From a virus (Duplodnaviria > Caudoviricetes), in IMG/VR virus record IMGVR_UViG_2671180037_000003, positions 2,401 to 66,400 of that record: a DNA stretch of 64,000 nucleotides, one strand, 5' to 3'. Of this stretch, positions 9,464 through 17,988 are shown in pieces. Numbering within the stretch: position 1 is the first letter of the stretch; each line of letters opens with the position of its first letter. The notes under the pieces were generated by a model that saw only the letters and a program-made list of their open reading frames with translations, had not been told where the DNA came from and ran no database searches. The translations under genes were made by a program, and so were the position numbers.

Positions 9464-9822
9464 GCCGCCACCTCGAATCGATTGCGGCCGCCCACCCGCA
9501 CGCCCGACCACATCAGCCAGGCGCGCCAGCGCGCAATACCGCTGGAGCGCAGGGCGTTGCGGAACACGCGGTCGGCCTTCGAACGGCTGAGCGCTCCGCT
9601 GGTGTAGAGGTAGTCGTGCAGAACCGCCGCCGCATGCCCGTATGCGCCGAGCAGCGCGTAGGTCAGCGGCAAGCGAGGGACAGAGGCGAAGTCGGTCTCG
9701 AAGCCCGCAGGCACGTCGACGCGGCCGTGCTCCGAGTCCAGATACGAAAATGGCGCCAGAAGGCGCCATCGTTTGCGGTCGGACTGCAGCTCAACCTTCA
9801 GGGGTAGCGGAAACCGATTCAT
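9460..9822 (-). CDS. DUF1353 family protein
   Basis: VPAGFETDFASVPR, AAVLHDYLY, ADRVF. Confidence 0.88.
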   Translation of the reverse strand: MNRFPLPLKVELQSDRKRWRLLAPFSYLDSEHGRVDVPAGFETDFASVPRLPLTYALLGAYGHAAAVLHDYLYTSGALSRSKADRVFRNALRSSGIARWRAWLMWSGVRVGGRNRFEVAA

Positions 9823-10282
9823 CCGGCCAGCCCTCCTCGAGCATGCCCTCGCTGAATTCGCCTGCGTCGAGCGCTTCCAGCAACTCAGCCTCGCGATCGA
9901 AACATGCTTGGACGTGTGCTCGCATTTTCGTTGCAAAACCAAGTAGCGTCTGCGCGTCCAGCTGAACAAACCCCGTTGGGGTTTTCCAGTTGCACACGTA
10001 TTCCGGATCGATCAGGGCACTTACGGCCGCGCCGGTGATCAGCGCCTGGCTATCGCGACCGGTGTCGATTCGCGCGGTGCCGAATACGATGCCTGCCGTC
10101 TCAGCTTCATAACGCCGGGTCGCGATCAGGATCGGATAGTCGATCTCGGGTGCCGGCTCCGGCACGTTCCCCGCCTCCAACCACTCCTGATAGTCGCTCC
10201 ACCATCGATGCCCTTCAGGAATCCGCGCGCCGTCATCAAGACGGAGTACTGCGTTCTCGTCGTCTTTGATCAGCTGGTACAT
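9791..10282 (-). CDS. tail fibre assembly-like protein (DUF4376)
   Basis: YQEWLEAGNVPEPA, IDTGRDSQ, WKT..GFV.LDA, HVQACFDRE. Confidence 0.8.
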   Translation of the reverse strand: MYQLIKDDENAVLRLDDGARIPEGHRWWSDYQEWLEAGNVPEPAPEIDYPILIATRRYEAETAGIVFGTARIDTGRDSQALITGAAVSALIDPEYVCNWKTPTGFVQLDAQTLLGFATKMRAHVQACFDREAELLEALDAGEFSEGMLEEGWPDESVSATPEG

Positions 10283-10283
10283 A

Positions 10284-11459
10284 TCAAAGCTCCGCGTCGA
10301 TCGTGATTTTCCCGCCAGACAACCAGGCGAAGTAGCCAGAGCCGCCCGGGCTCATTCCAGACGAGCCGGTGATACCAACTTGCAACATGAAGGGCGTCTG
10401 TAGCTTCGCGGCAATCGTGCCGGAGCGTGACGACGGGTCATAAAATGCCAGGCCGGAGGACACCACCACTGCCGCGGAGGACGTGCGCATCGTTGTCGGC
10501 AGTAGCAGCCAGCTGTAAGCAGAGGTCGAGCTTGTGACTGTGCCGTTCGCGAGCCCCTCCCCGTTGCCGAGCGTGTAGACGACGCAGTATCGCTGACATA
10601 GCAGCAGGTCAGCGCTGAAAAGGGGGGACCGAAACGGAGTGGCAACCGCTCCCGATTCGAATTTGGCCTCTCGCACTGTGCCGCCAATGAAGCGAACAGT
10701 GACGTTCGCACCGGCTGTCAGGCTTGCCGTCTGCCCACCATTATTGATCGCCGTGCCATTAACGGTCGCTGTGGCGGTGCCCGACCAAGTAAGTGTGTGA
10801 ACCCCGCCCTGGTTGTTGACGCCTTCAATTACTTGCTCAACGCCCCCCGCCGGCGCGGTGATCTGGTTGCCGATACTTGCCGCCGAGAATGTCAGGCTCT
10901 GCCCGCTGGTGACGACGCGCCATCGATCGAGCGTGTACTGGTTTGCCCCGGTAGTCGCTGTGCCGCTTACGTAACCGCGCTGATTGATTCTGAACAATGG
11001 GTTGATAAGCAGATTGTCGCCAGTTCCAAGCCCGCTCAGATCCCGCGCCTGCCAGATCGTCGCGCCGCCGTCGTCGGTATAGAACGACTGGACGGTGACC
11101 GCGCCGGCAGCTGTTGCAGGCTGTGCAACGACTCCCCCGCCGTCCGCTTTCACGTTACCGGGATAGATCACCAGCCGCCCGCCGGTGGCGTCTTGCACGA
11201 ACGTCACCGTGAAGACGACCACGCGCCCGGTCGGCACGTTGCTGAATGCGAGGGCGGTGTTCCCGGTGAGAGTCACGCGGAACCCGGCCGGGCTGGAGAG
11301 ATCGAGCGTGGCCACGCCGCCGACCAGGGCAACGGCCTTCAGTTGGTCCCAGGCGTTCTTCTGCGCGCCCTCCTCGATGCCACCCAACTTGGTTGCTATA
11401 GCCTTGATATCCGCGCCGATGGCCTGGGCCAGGGCGGTCAGACGAGAGGCGAGGCTCAT
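10284..11459 (-). CDS. tail fibre / receptor-binding protein
   Basis: NLLINPLFRINQRG, YTLDRW, LLLCQRY motifs, C-terminal DAEL; precedes the chaperone. Confidence 0.85.
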   Translation of the reverse strand: MSLASRLTALAQAIGADIKAIATKLGGIEEGAQKNAWDQLKAVALVGGVATLDLSSPAGFRVTLTGNTALAFSNVPTGRVVVFTVTFVQDATGGRLVIYPGNVKADGGGVVAQPATAAGAVTVQSFYTDDGGATIWQARDLSGLGTGDNLLINPLFRINQRGYVSGTATTGANQYTLDRWRVVTSGQSLTFSAASIGNQITAPAGGVEQVIEGVNNQGGVHTLTWSGTATATVNGTAINNGGQTASLTAGANVTVRFIGGTVREAKFESGAVATPFRSPLFSADLLLCQRYCVVYTLGNGEGLANGTVTSSTSAYSWLLLPTTMRTSSAAVVVSSGLAFYDPSSRSGTIAAKLQTPFMLQVGITGSSGMSPGGSGYFAWLSGGKITIDAEL

Positions 11460-11461
11460 GA

Positions 11462-11956
11462 TCAGGCCTTGGCGGTTGCGTAGTCGGCCGCGAAGTCGTG
11501 CTCCGGATCACCCACGCCAATGTTCGTGCAGGCCTGCAGCTTCTGGGCAGTCGTCAGCGTTTGTGCAGCGTCGAAGCGAACGCGGTTGTTCACGGCAGTC
11601 GCCAACGCCGCGGCGGTGGAGGCGTTACCCGTTGCCAACTCCTGCAGCTCGAGCAGCGTGTCGTAGGCCTCGGAGGCGCCGCCGAGGATCTCGGCCTTCA
11701 CCGCCTGCTTCGCCAGTTCCAGGCTGTCGTAGATCTTGTCCGCGGACCAGGTGACGCTGGTGGCGCCGTTGCCGGCGTTGTCGTCGATGACTGCGCCGGC
11801 CTGGCCAAGCAAACCGTAGATCTCGGCAATCGCCGCGACCAGGTTTCCTTTTGCGGTGGTGGGCAAGCTGGTCAGGTCGCCCTGAGCTGTGCGTAGCGCT
11901 TTGACGTCCGCGCCGATGGCCTGGGCCAGCGAGATGATTTTGGTTTCGAGGCTCAT
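11462..11956 (-). CDS. tail-fibre-associated protein
   Basis: GASEAYDTLLELQE motif typical of fibre segments. Confidence 0.75.
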   Translation of the reverse strand: MSLETKIISLAQAIGADVKALRTAQGDLTSLPTTAKGNLVAAIAEIYGLLGQAGAVIDDNAGNGATSVTWSADKIYDSLELAKQAVKAEILGGASEAYDTLLELQELATGNASTAAALATAVNNRVRFDAAQTLTTAQKLQACTNIGVGDPEHDFAADYATAKA

Positions 11957-11959
11957 GGT

Positions 11960-12202
11960 CTATCCCTTTGCGAGTATGTAGAAGGCGAGTGGATCGGGAA
12001 TCAGGTCGTCGTTGACGAAGAGGCCGTCATCGCTGCCCTGGGTGAGGCGATTGTTCGGGTCCTCGCTGATCAGCGGGGCGTCACCGCTCCCGGGCGAGGC
12101 TGGTCCCGGCGGGCCTGGCGGCCCCTGCGTGCCAGGTGCAACGACGACGGCAGCAGTCGGACGCGGCGCGGTAACGACGAGCGGGCAGCAGTCAGCAGCC
12201 AT
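11960..12202 (-). CDS. small collagen-motif tail protein
   Basis: GTQGPPGPPGP; ISEDPNNRL..GSDDGLFV. Confidence 0.7.
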   Translation of the reverse strand: MAADCCPLVVTAPRPTAAVVVAPGTQGPPGPPGPASPGSGDAPLISEDPNNRLTQGSDDGLFVNDDLIPDPLAFYILAKG

Positions 12203-12776
12203 GCGCACCTCCCGTACCGACCACGACGTCGCCCTGCAGCCAGCGCATAACGCTGCCGTCGCTCATGGTGAGGTCCAGCCAATAGTCGCTCCGAGCCAGG
12301 GCCAGCACGTCGGCTTGGGCGGGAGTGATGACGACCAGCAGTTGCCCTGGCCCTTGAATCAGCAGGCCACCGTTTTCGGTCGTCAGGTCGAGGACGGCGC
12401 CGTCCTTGCTGGTGATCCGCAGCAGCCCGGTGCACCCCGTGAGGTCCACCGGCGGCTGGTACACCAGCACCCCGCCGCTGGCCTTCTGATTCAGTCCGTT
12501 GAGGCCGTTCAGCTCGATCGTGTCGGCGTCGACCGTGCGCGCAATGCGGAACGGCTGGCGGGTCTTGTCGCTGCGCAATTCGCTCCAGCCCACGACGTCT
12601 TCGAACCACACCGGCCACTCCGACGGGAGGCCGTGGCCGGGCACGGTGATCAGCAACGGCGCCGTGCGCTGGATCGCCGCGATGGGTTTGTAGAGGTAGC
12701 TGGGCTGCATGAGCAGCAGGGGTTGTCGTGTCGTGGTGCCCGGAATGACGGGCAGGTCTAGGCGGGCCGGCTGCAT
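12192..12776 (-). CDS. tail/baseplate-associated protein
   Basis: PVDLTGCTG...LTTENGG...YWLDL pattern; tail operon. Confidence 0.7.
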   Translation of the reverse strand: MQPARLDLPVIPGTTTRQPLLLMQPSYLYKPIAAIQRTAPLLITVPGHGLPSEWPVWFEDVVGWSELRSDKTRQPFRIARTVDADTIELNGLNGLNQKASGGVLVYQPPVDLTGCTGLLRITSKDGAVLDLTTENGGLLIQGPGQLLVVITPAQADVLALARSDYWLDLTMSDGSVMRWLQGDVVVGTGGAHGC

Positions 12777-12803
12777 CGCTGGCTACTCCATGTGCTGAAG
12801 GTG

Positions 12804-13472
12804 TTAGTGGAATTCGCTGGTGACGTAGTACACGGCGTTGTAGCCGGTTATCACGCAACGCCCGAATACACCCCCGGTGAGCCCCGTGATAATGGTCGAG
12901 GAGCCGTCGATCTCGACCGAAGTTGCCCTCCCAGCCGGCATCCCATAAACCTGCGCGCTGGCGAATTGTCCGGCGCCAGAGAGGATGATGCGCGTCGATC
13001 CGCCGCCGCCCTTGAAGTGAAAATCAAACGCGGTCGTCTCCGGACTAGCCAGCACCTGGGTCTCGATGGCGTAATCGCCCGGCTCCCATTCGGACTGGAC
13101 ATAGAGGAAGCCGGTGTCCAGCCCGAACGCGTATTCGCCTGGCGAATACACCTCAAACTGCCCCGCTTTAGTCAGCCGCCGCATCATCCCGGCGGTGACG
13201 CCGGCGATGACGTAAGCGCCAGCCGACCAGGCCCGTTCGGTGGTCTGCTCTACCCCGCGCTCGATCTCCGGCCCATCCTGGCCCATGAAAATCCGCACGA
13301 CCTCGGCGTTCTGCTGCTCCAGCGGGTCCATCGACGGCACGAGGGTGAGGAGGTAGTAGCCCGACTCGCTCAGGTCCAGCCGATCAAGCGCGGCGGCGGG
13401 AATGGGCAATGTGGTGCCGCCCACCGGCAGCTCGGCGTCGAGCTGGGTGATCCAGTTGTTGATGAAGCGCAT
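12804..13472 (-). CDS. tail-associated hypothetical protein
   Basis: MRFINNW, RGVEQT...WSAG motifs; tail operon. Confidence 0.7.
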   Translation of the reverse strand: MRFINNWITQLDAELPVGGTTLPIPAAALDRLDLSESGYYLLTLVPSMDPLEQQNAEVVRIFMGQDGPEIERGVEQTTERAWSAGAYVIAGVTAGMMRRLTKAGQFEVYSPGEYAFGLDTGFLYVQSEWEPGDYAIETQVLASPETTAFDFHFKGGGGSTRIILSGAGQFASAQVYGMPAGRATSVEIDGSSTIITGLTGGVFGRCVITGYNAVYYVTSEFH

Positions 13473-13481
13473 GTGAATCTC

Positions 13482-15230
13482 CTAGATCCAGAAAACCGGC
13501 CCTGGGGCGTCGCGGACGTACTGCCGGGTGATGGGGTTGTAGCTGCCGAAGCGCTCAGCTATCACGCCCGTTAGGTCACGGCCGTTGGTGAACACGCCAT
13601 CGGCATAGGGCAACGCGCCGCTGCCCAGCCGGACCTTCGTCGGCGCTGCGCCTTCATTCGCGCGAAGGGCGAACACGCACGGCATCTGCGCGCAGTACCG
13701 CACCGACCCGAGAATCAGGTTGGTGGAGGCCGCGTCATTGGCCGCCGGCGAACGCAACGCGAGAGAACGAGCAAGCCGCGATGCCGGTACCGTAGATGCC
13801 CACGGTCCGGGGTACATGTCCGCACTTGCGGCGGTGTTCGAGTAGTTCGAAGAGCCCGAATCGAAAGCGGTGTCCAGGTGCACCGACCATTCGCAGTTTT
13901 GCGACACGGTTCGAGACCGCTCCCCTACGGTCGGGAAGTTGAGGACGTCCCCGGGTATCTGGTAAGCCAACTGCGCGGTCATCTCGGTGGTTGCGGTAGC
14001 AGTGAAACTGGCCGATGCAACCTGAGTGCCGTCATTCACAAGCCTGAAGGTGGCAGTTTGGGTGTAGGTTTTCGAAGCGTTGAACGTGCCCGTGCCTGAT
14101 CCGAAAGTCTCCGCGTGCCAGTTTGAGGGGCCGCCCCCGATATCCGCCCCAATAATCACGCCCGTCCCGCTGGCACCACCTCCAACCCCCGACCCGGTGT
14201 AGTGCTCATTCACGACCGCATCTGCGGTGACGCTGGCCACCGAGCCATCCGGGCGGTAGTACATCGCCAGCACCATGCCAACCGCGCCGTAGCTGATGTC
14301 GTAGCTGCCATGCCCAGGGACGCGCAGCCCGTTCCCGCCGATGGTGGAGGGTGTTGAACGCGTCGCTACCAGGGAGCCGTTCCAGCGGTACATCTCCCCG
14401 ACCGGCTCTCCACGCACCCATTGCGTGGTGACCACCACTGCCTCATCCGACAACTGCGGGACGACGCGCTCGGTCACGGTCCCAGATGTCTGGGCAGTCG
14501 TCTTCAGCGGGCGCAGCACGGCGGACCGGACCGCATCCACGTTGCTGAGGGTGAGTTCCCAGAACTCCAGAATGGGCCAGTGCCAGCCGCCCCCCTCGAT
14601 GGACGAGTAACTCCCGTCCGGCAGCGAGCTACCCGTGCTGGTCATGTGCGCCAGGATCACTCGGCCCCCAGACGCTACCGAATCGACCACAACCCAGTTC
14701 GACCCCGCGGCGGTCACCGGCGCCCCATCGGGCTTTGAAACATCGATGTCCAGCGACTCCGGCTGCGGCCGGCGAGCCAGCTTCGGCCCGGGGATCAGGC
14801 GAACTGTTGATAGCGTGCTGCTGAGGCTCGCCTGCCAGTTCCGCTCGCCGTCGTGGTAGATCCACCTCGCCATGCCCAGCTCAGAGCCATAGGTGTACTT
14901 CTGCCCATAGATGATGGATTCGCGCGGGTTGTAGAGCGCTGCGGATCGCCACTCGCGCCCGGCGGACTGGTCGGCCGCGAGCTGCTCGGTGGACCGCTGA
15001 ATCACGGACGCTCGCGGGTCGCGGAAGCGCAACACATTGCCCGCCTGGTGTGCCGGCGAAACCAAGGGCAACGCACTCGACCAGCCGAACTGGATGACCT
15101 GGCCGTTCGGCAGCGTGAGTCGTGGCAGGAAACCTCCCGAGTCTTTGCGCAGGTCGATCCGGCCATGCCATGGCCATCCGAAGATCACGGGCTTGCCCGG
15201 CTTCCAATCCGATAACGCACTATCGAACAT
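13482..15230 (-). CDS. large tail-associated protein
   Basis: 582 aa, FGWPWHG N-terminus, beta-rich; start MFDSALSD after GAGG. Confidence 0.75.
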   Translation of the reverse strand: MFDSALSDWKPGKPVIFGWPWHGRIDLRKDSGGFLPRLTLPNGQVIQFGWSSALPLVSPAHQAGNVLRFRDPRASVIQRSTEQLAADQSAGREWRSAALYNPRESIIYGQKYTYGSELGMARWIYHDGERNWQASLSSTLSTVRLIPGPKLARRPQPESLDIDVSKPDGAPVTAAGSNWVVVDSVASGGRVILAHMTSTGSSLPDGSYSSIEGGGWHWPILEFWELTLSNVDAVRSAVLRPLKTTAQTSGTVTERVVPQLSDEAVVVTTQWVRGEPVGEMYRWNGSLVATRSTPSTIGGNGLRVPGHGSYDISYGAVGMVLAMYYRPDGSVASVTADAVVNEHYTGSGVGGGASGTGVIIGADIGGGPSNWHAETFGSGTGTFNASKTYTQTATFRLVNDGTQVASASFTATATTEMTAQLAYQIPGDVLNFPTVGERSRTVSQNCEWSVHLDTAFDSGSSNYSNTAASADMYPGPWASTVPASRLARSLALRSPAANDAASTNLILGSVRYCAQMPCVFALRANEGAAPTKVRLGSGALPYADGVFTNGRDLTGVIAERFGSYNPITRQYVRDAPGPVFWI

Positions 15231-15231
15231 C

Positions 15232-15633
15232 TCAGCCTCCGACGTTGGGCGGCGACGCGAAGTTGAACAGCACCTCGGCGCCGGTCGCATCGATCATGGT
15301 GATGCTCTTGAGCGGCTCGATCTCCACGGCGAGCAGGTAGTCGCTGCTGTAGAGGTTGCTGGTTTGGGCGTAATAGGTGCGCGTGCTTCCACCGGTGGGC
15401 GTCAGCTTTTCCGTCAGCGGGCTGGCGATGCCACCGCCGGTACCGCCCGCGGCCGGCGCAGAGTAGGTGGAGACGCCGCGCTTCGCTGCCCGGGCGCCGC
15501 GTGGATCGATGGTCTTCAGCGCCTTGTTTGCGCTGCCAGGGCTCACCAAGCGATTCAGGTCGTCGGCCAGGCTGCGGCGGGAGGCTTCGTTGTTCGCGCC
15601 GATCGCTCGGCGAATCTGCTCGCTCGTTGCCAT
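15232..15633 (-). CDS. tail-associated hypothetical protein
   Basis: GGIASPLTE motif; TGATG coupling to the upstream gene. Confidence 0.7.
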   Translation of the reverse strand: MATSEQIRRAIGANNEASRRSLADDLNRLVSPGSANKALKTIDPRGARAAKRGVSTYSAPAAGGTGGGIASPLTEKLTPTGGSTRTYYAQTSNLYSSDYLLAVEIEPLKSITMIDATGAEVLFNFASPPNVGG

Positions 15634-17432
15634 CACAGCTCCAGGAGGTCGTTCGGTATTGCCAAGCGGTAGGTCCCGGCAATTTCCACTTTCCACTCAT
15701 CGCGCAGGGCGTCCGAGACTTGGGGCGCCGGCACTTTGAATTGCCGCGGGAACTGCTCGCCGGCGTTGCCCGATGAGTAGTTGCCGCTGAAACCGTCCAG
15801 CTCCTCGTTGTACGGCGGGCTCGACGTGCGCCCGCCCAACTGCGTGGGCAAACTGCCGCCGCCGACCGGCCGCGCGGCAGTGCTCGTGCTGTGCGGCGGA
15901 GGCGTCAGCGGGTCGCTGACATTGCCGCCGCCGCGCATCACCGCCACGCTGATCGTCGTCAGGGCCCTACCGCTGGCGAGGTCGAACTCGTGGGTGATCT
16001 GCCGGCACTTACCGGCGGCGCGGATCTGATCGTCCAGCTCGAGCGTGTGCACAAGGTCGATTCCCAGGGCCATCGGCGTCGGGACTTGCCACGACACGGT
16101 CGTGCCGCGGTGCGCCTCGATGAGTGTCGTCCGCGCCTGCTGCAGCCCGCACCTCAGCCCCGCGATGCGACGCGCCTCGTTGCGCAGGTCGAGGTTGCCG
16201 TTGATGCCGTCGACGGGATCGATGTCGTCGTCATCCGGGGCCTCGTCGTCACCGTCGCCGATGGCGCCGGGCGTGCCGGTGCTGCCCGCGTTCACGCCAT
16301 AGGGCTCGCTTTCCCACTTGTCTGCGCGATCGCTTTCGATCTCGATGGCGATGCGCTGGCGGGTGATGACCTCGCCGGCGTCCGCGACCGATTGAGGGAC
16401 TTCCACCCGCAGCGGGTAGCTCTCGGTGACGGCCTGCACTTCGCGCAACGCGCCGCGCCAGGAAGCGCCGAGTATCAGGCCCTCCGCATAGCTGTTGTTG
16501 ATCCACGGCGAGCCGTCGCCGCAGGGGTTCGCCATGTTCGGCGGCAGGCGGTTGTAGTTCGCGGCGGAGAGCATGGTCAGGCCGGCGCTCTCTGTGGCCT
16601 CCTGCACCATGGCCATGGTCGGCAGCTCGGACGTATCGTCCCGCCACGCGCAGAAGCCCTGCAGTCCACCGAAACCGTCTGTATCCGGATGGGTCCACCC
16701 GAACGAGAAGTTGAACTGCCAGAGCCGGCTGAAGCGGTAGTCGGCCTCGATCTCGACGACGTTTGTCTGCGAGTCGAGGTCCGCGAGGTCGACCTGGATC
16801 GACTGGTAAATCGTGGTGCCCAGGCCGAACACAAACGCCGGCGTGCCAGCGAACCAGCTGGTGACGCGCATCGAGCCATCCACCGCGCAGTCGAGGCTGG
16901 CGGCCATGGTGCTCAGGCGCTCGTTCATGTAGTCAAAGCGGCTGCGGCCGTCGACGGGCTCGAACACGTCCTCCGACCACACCGCGCCGGGCGTGAGCGC
17001 ATCGATCTCGGCGATGGTCAGCGCCTCGACGCGCTGCTGCAACTGGTCCGAACAGGTGCAGCTCAGCGTGCGCGTGCTGCTGTCCCAGCTCGGGTCAGCG
17101 ATGCGGCCGGTGTAGCGGCGCGTTTGCGTGGTCACGCCGGCCACTTCGCAGATGAAGTCCAGCGTGACCGGCTTGCCCTTCCAGTCCGTTGGCGTCACCG
17201 GCCCGGCGGCAAGGCACAGGTCGAACCGCGCGATGCCGGCGGCACCCTCTTCCCGGTCCACCTCGACCGTACCGGTGAGGCGCGCGGAAACGTCTTGGTC
17301 GCCCACCAGCAGCCGCAGCTTCCAGCGGAACGCACTGACCAGCTCGACTTGGCCGGGCTCCGGCGGTACGTCGCCAGCCCCCGCGAGGGAGGCCAGCGGA
17401 GCACTGGCGAGGGGTACGCCACCGATCAGCAT
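15633..17432 (-). CDS. tail tip / hub protein
   Basis: 599-aa ORF two genes downstream of the tape measure. Confidence 0.75.
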   Translation of the reverse strand: MLIGGVPLASAPLASLAGAGDVPPEPGQVELVSAFRWKLRLLVGDQDVSARLTGTVEVDREEGAAGIARFDLCLAAGPVTPTDWKGKPVTLDFICEVAGVTTQTRRYTGRIADPSWDSSTRTLSCTCSDQLQQRVEALTIAEIDALTPGAVWSEDVFEPVDGRSRFDYMNERLSTMAASLDCAVDGSMRVTSWFAGTPAFVFGLGTTIYQSIQVDLADLDSQTNVVEIEADYRFSRLWQFNFSFGWTHPDTDGFGGLQGFCAWRDDTSELPTMAMVQEATESAGLTMLSAANYNRLPPNMANPCGDGSPWINNSYAEGLILGASWRGALREVQAVTESYPLRVEVPQSVADAGEVITRQRIAIEIESDRADKWESEPYGVNAGSTGTPGAIGDGDDEAPDDDDIDPVDGINGNLDLRNEARRIAGLRCGLQQARTTLIEAHRGTTVSWQVPTPMALGIDLVHTLELDDQIRAAGKCRQITHEFDLASGRALTTISVAVMRGGGNVSDPLTPPPHSTSTAARPVGGGSLPTQLGGRTSSPPYNEELDGFSGNYSSGNAGEQFPRQFKVPAPQVSDALRDEWKVEIAGTYRLAIPNDLLEL

Positions 17433-17939
17433 CTACGCCTCCTCCCAGTTGATCGTCCAGCCGTGGCTGCCGGCGGATTGCGACTTCGGCGGCTTGCTGG
17501 CGAACACCTGGTAGACCGGGTACCAGTACGTGGCGTAGAGGGTGGCGCCGGCCGCCGGCGTGATGGTCACCACGCCATCGGCGAAGCTGCAGGGCGTTTC
17601 GGCCCACTGCCCGGTGTCGCCGATCAGCGCCACGCACCAGGGTTCGGCATCCGGCCGCGGCGTGCTGGTGAGCGGCACCTGCAGCGCACTGCCGGTGATG
17701 CACTCGGCGAGCGCCAGGCGCAGTTCCAGGGGCTGGCTGTAGTCCAGGCCATCGAGCCCGGCCGGCATCCAGCCCTGGCCGCTGATCGAGCCGGACTCCT
17801 TCGCCCAGTGCGACATTTTCACGCCCTGGCCGTTGCTCATCCGCACCACGGTTTCGCCGCCGAGCGGCTCGGACGACTGATCCGGCGCGCCGGCGAGCAG
17901 CACGATCGGCACGCCGCCGAGCATGATCGGTAGAGACAT
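17433..17939 (-). CDS. distal tail-like protein
   Basis: Follows the tape measure; C-terminal W.I.WEE motif. Confidence 0.7.
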   Translation of the reverse strand: MSLPIMLGGVPIVLLAGAPDQSSEPLGGETVVRMSNGQGVKMSHWAKESGSISGQGWMPAGLDGLDYSQPLELRLALAECITGSALQVPLTSTPRPDAEPWCVALIGDTGQWAETPCSFADGVVTITPAAGATLYATYWYPVYQVFASKPPKSQSAGSHGWTINWEEA

Positions 17940-17956
17940 TCGGAACTCCAGGCAAA

Positions 17957-17980
17957 AGAAAGCCCGCCGAAGCGGGCTGG
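17957..17980 (-). terminator. terminator-like hairpin
   Basis: AGCCCGC-TTCG-GCGGGCT followed by TTCTTTT on the minus strand. Confidence 0.6.
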
Positions 17981-17988
17981 GTCGGGTG

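Noticed and set aside
15891-17933. Long plus-strand ORFs opposite structural genes (also 25829..27094, 27690..29315, 29824..31692)
   Set aside because: Antisense shadows of high-GC coding sequence with no motifs
8738-17939. DGR or shufflon acting on tail fibres
   Set aside because: No reverse transcriptase, no TR/VR pair, no invertase or inverted cassettes noticed
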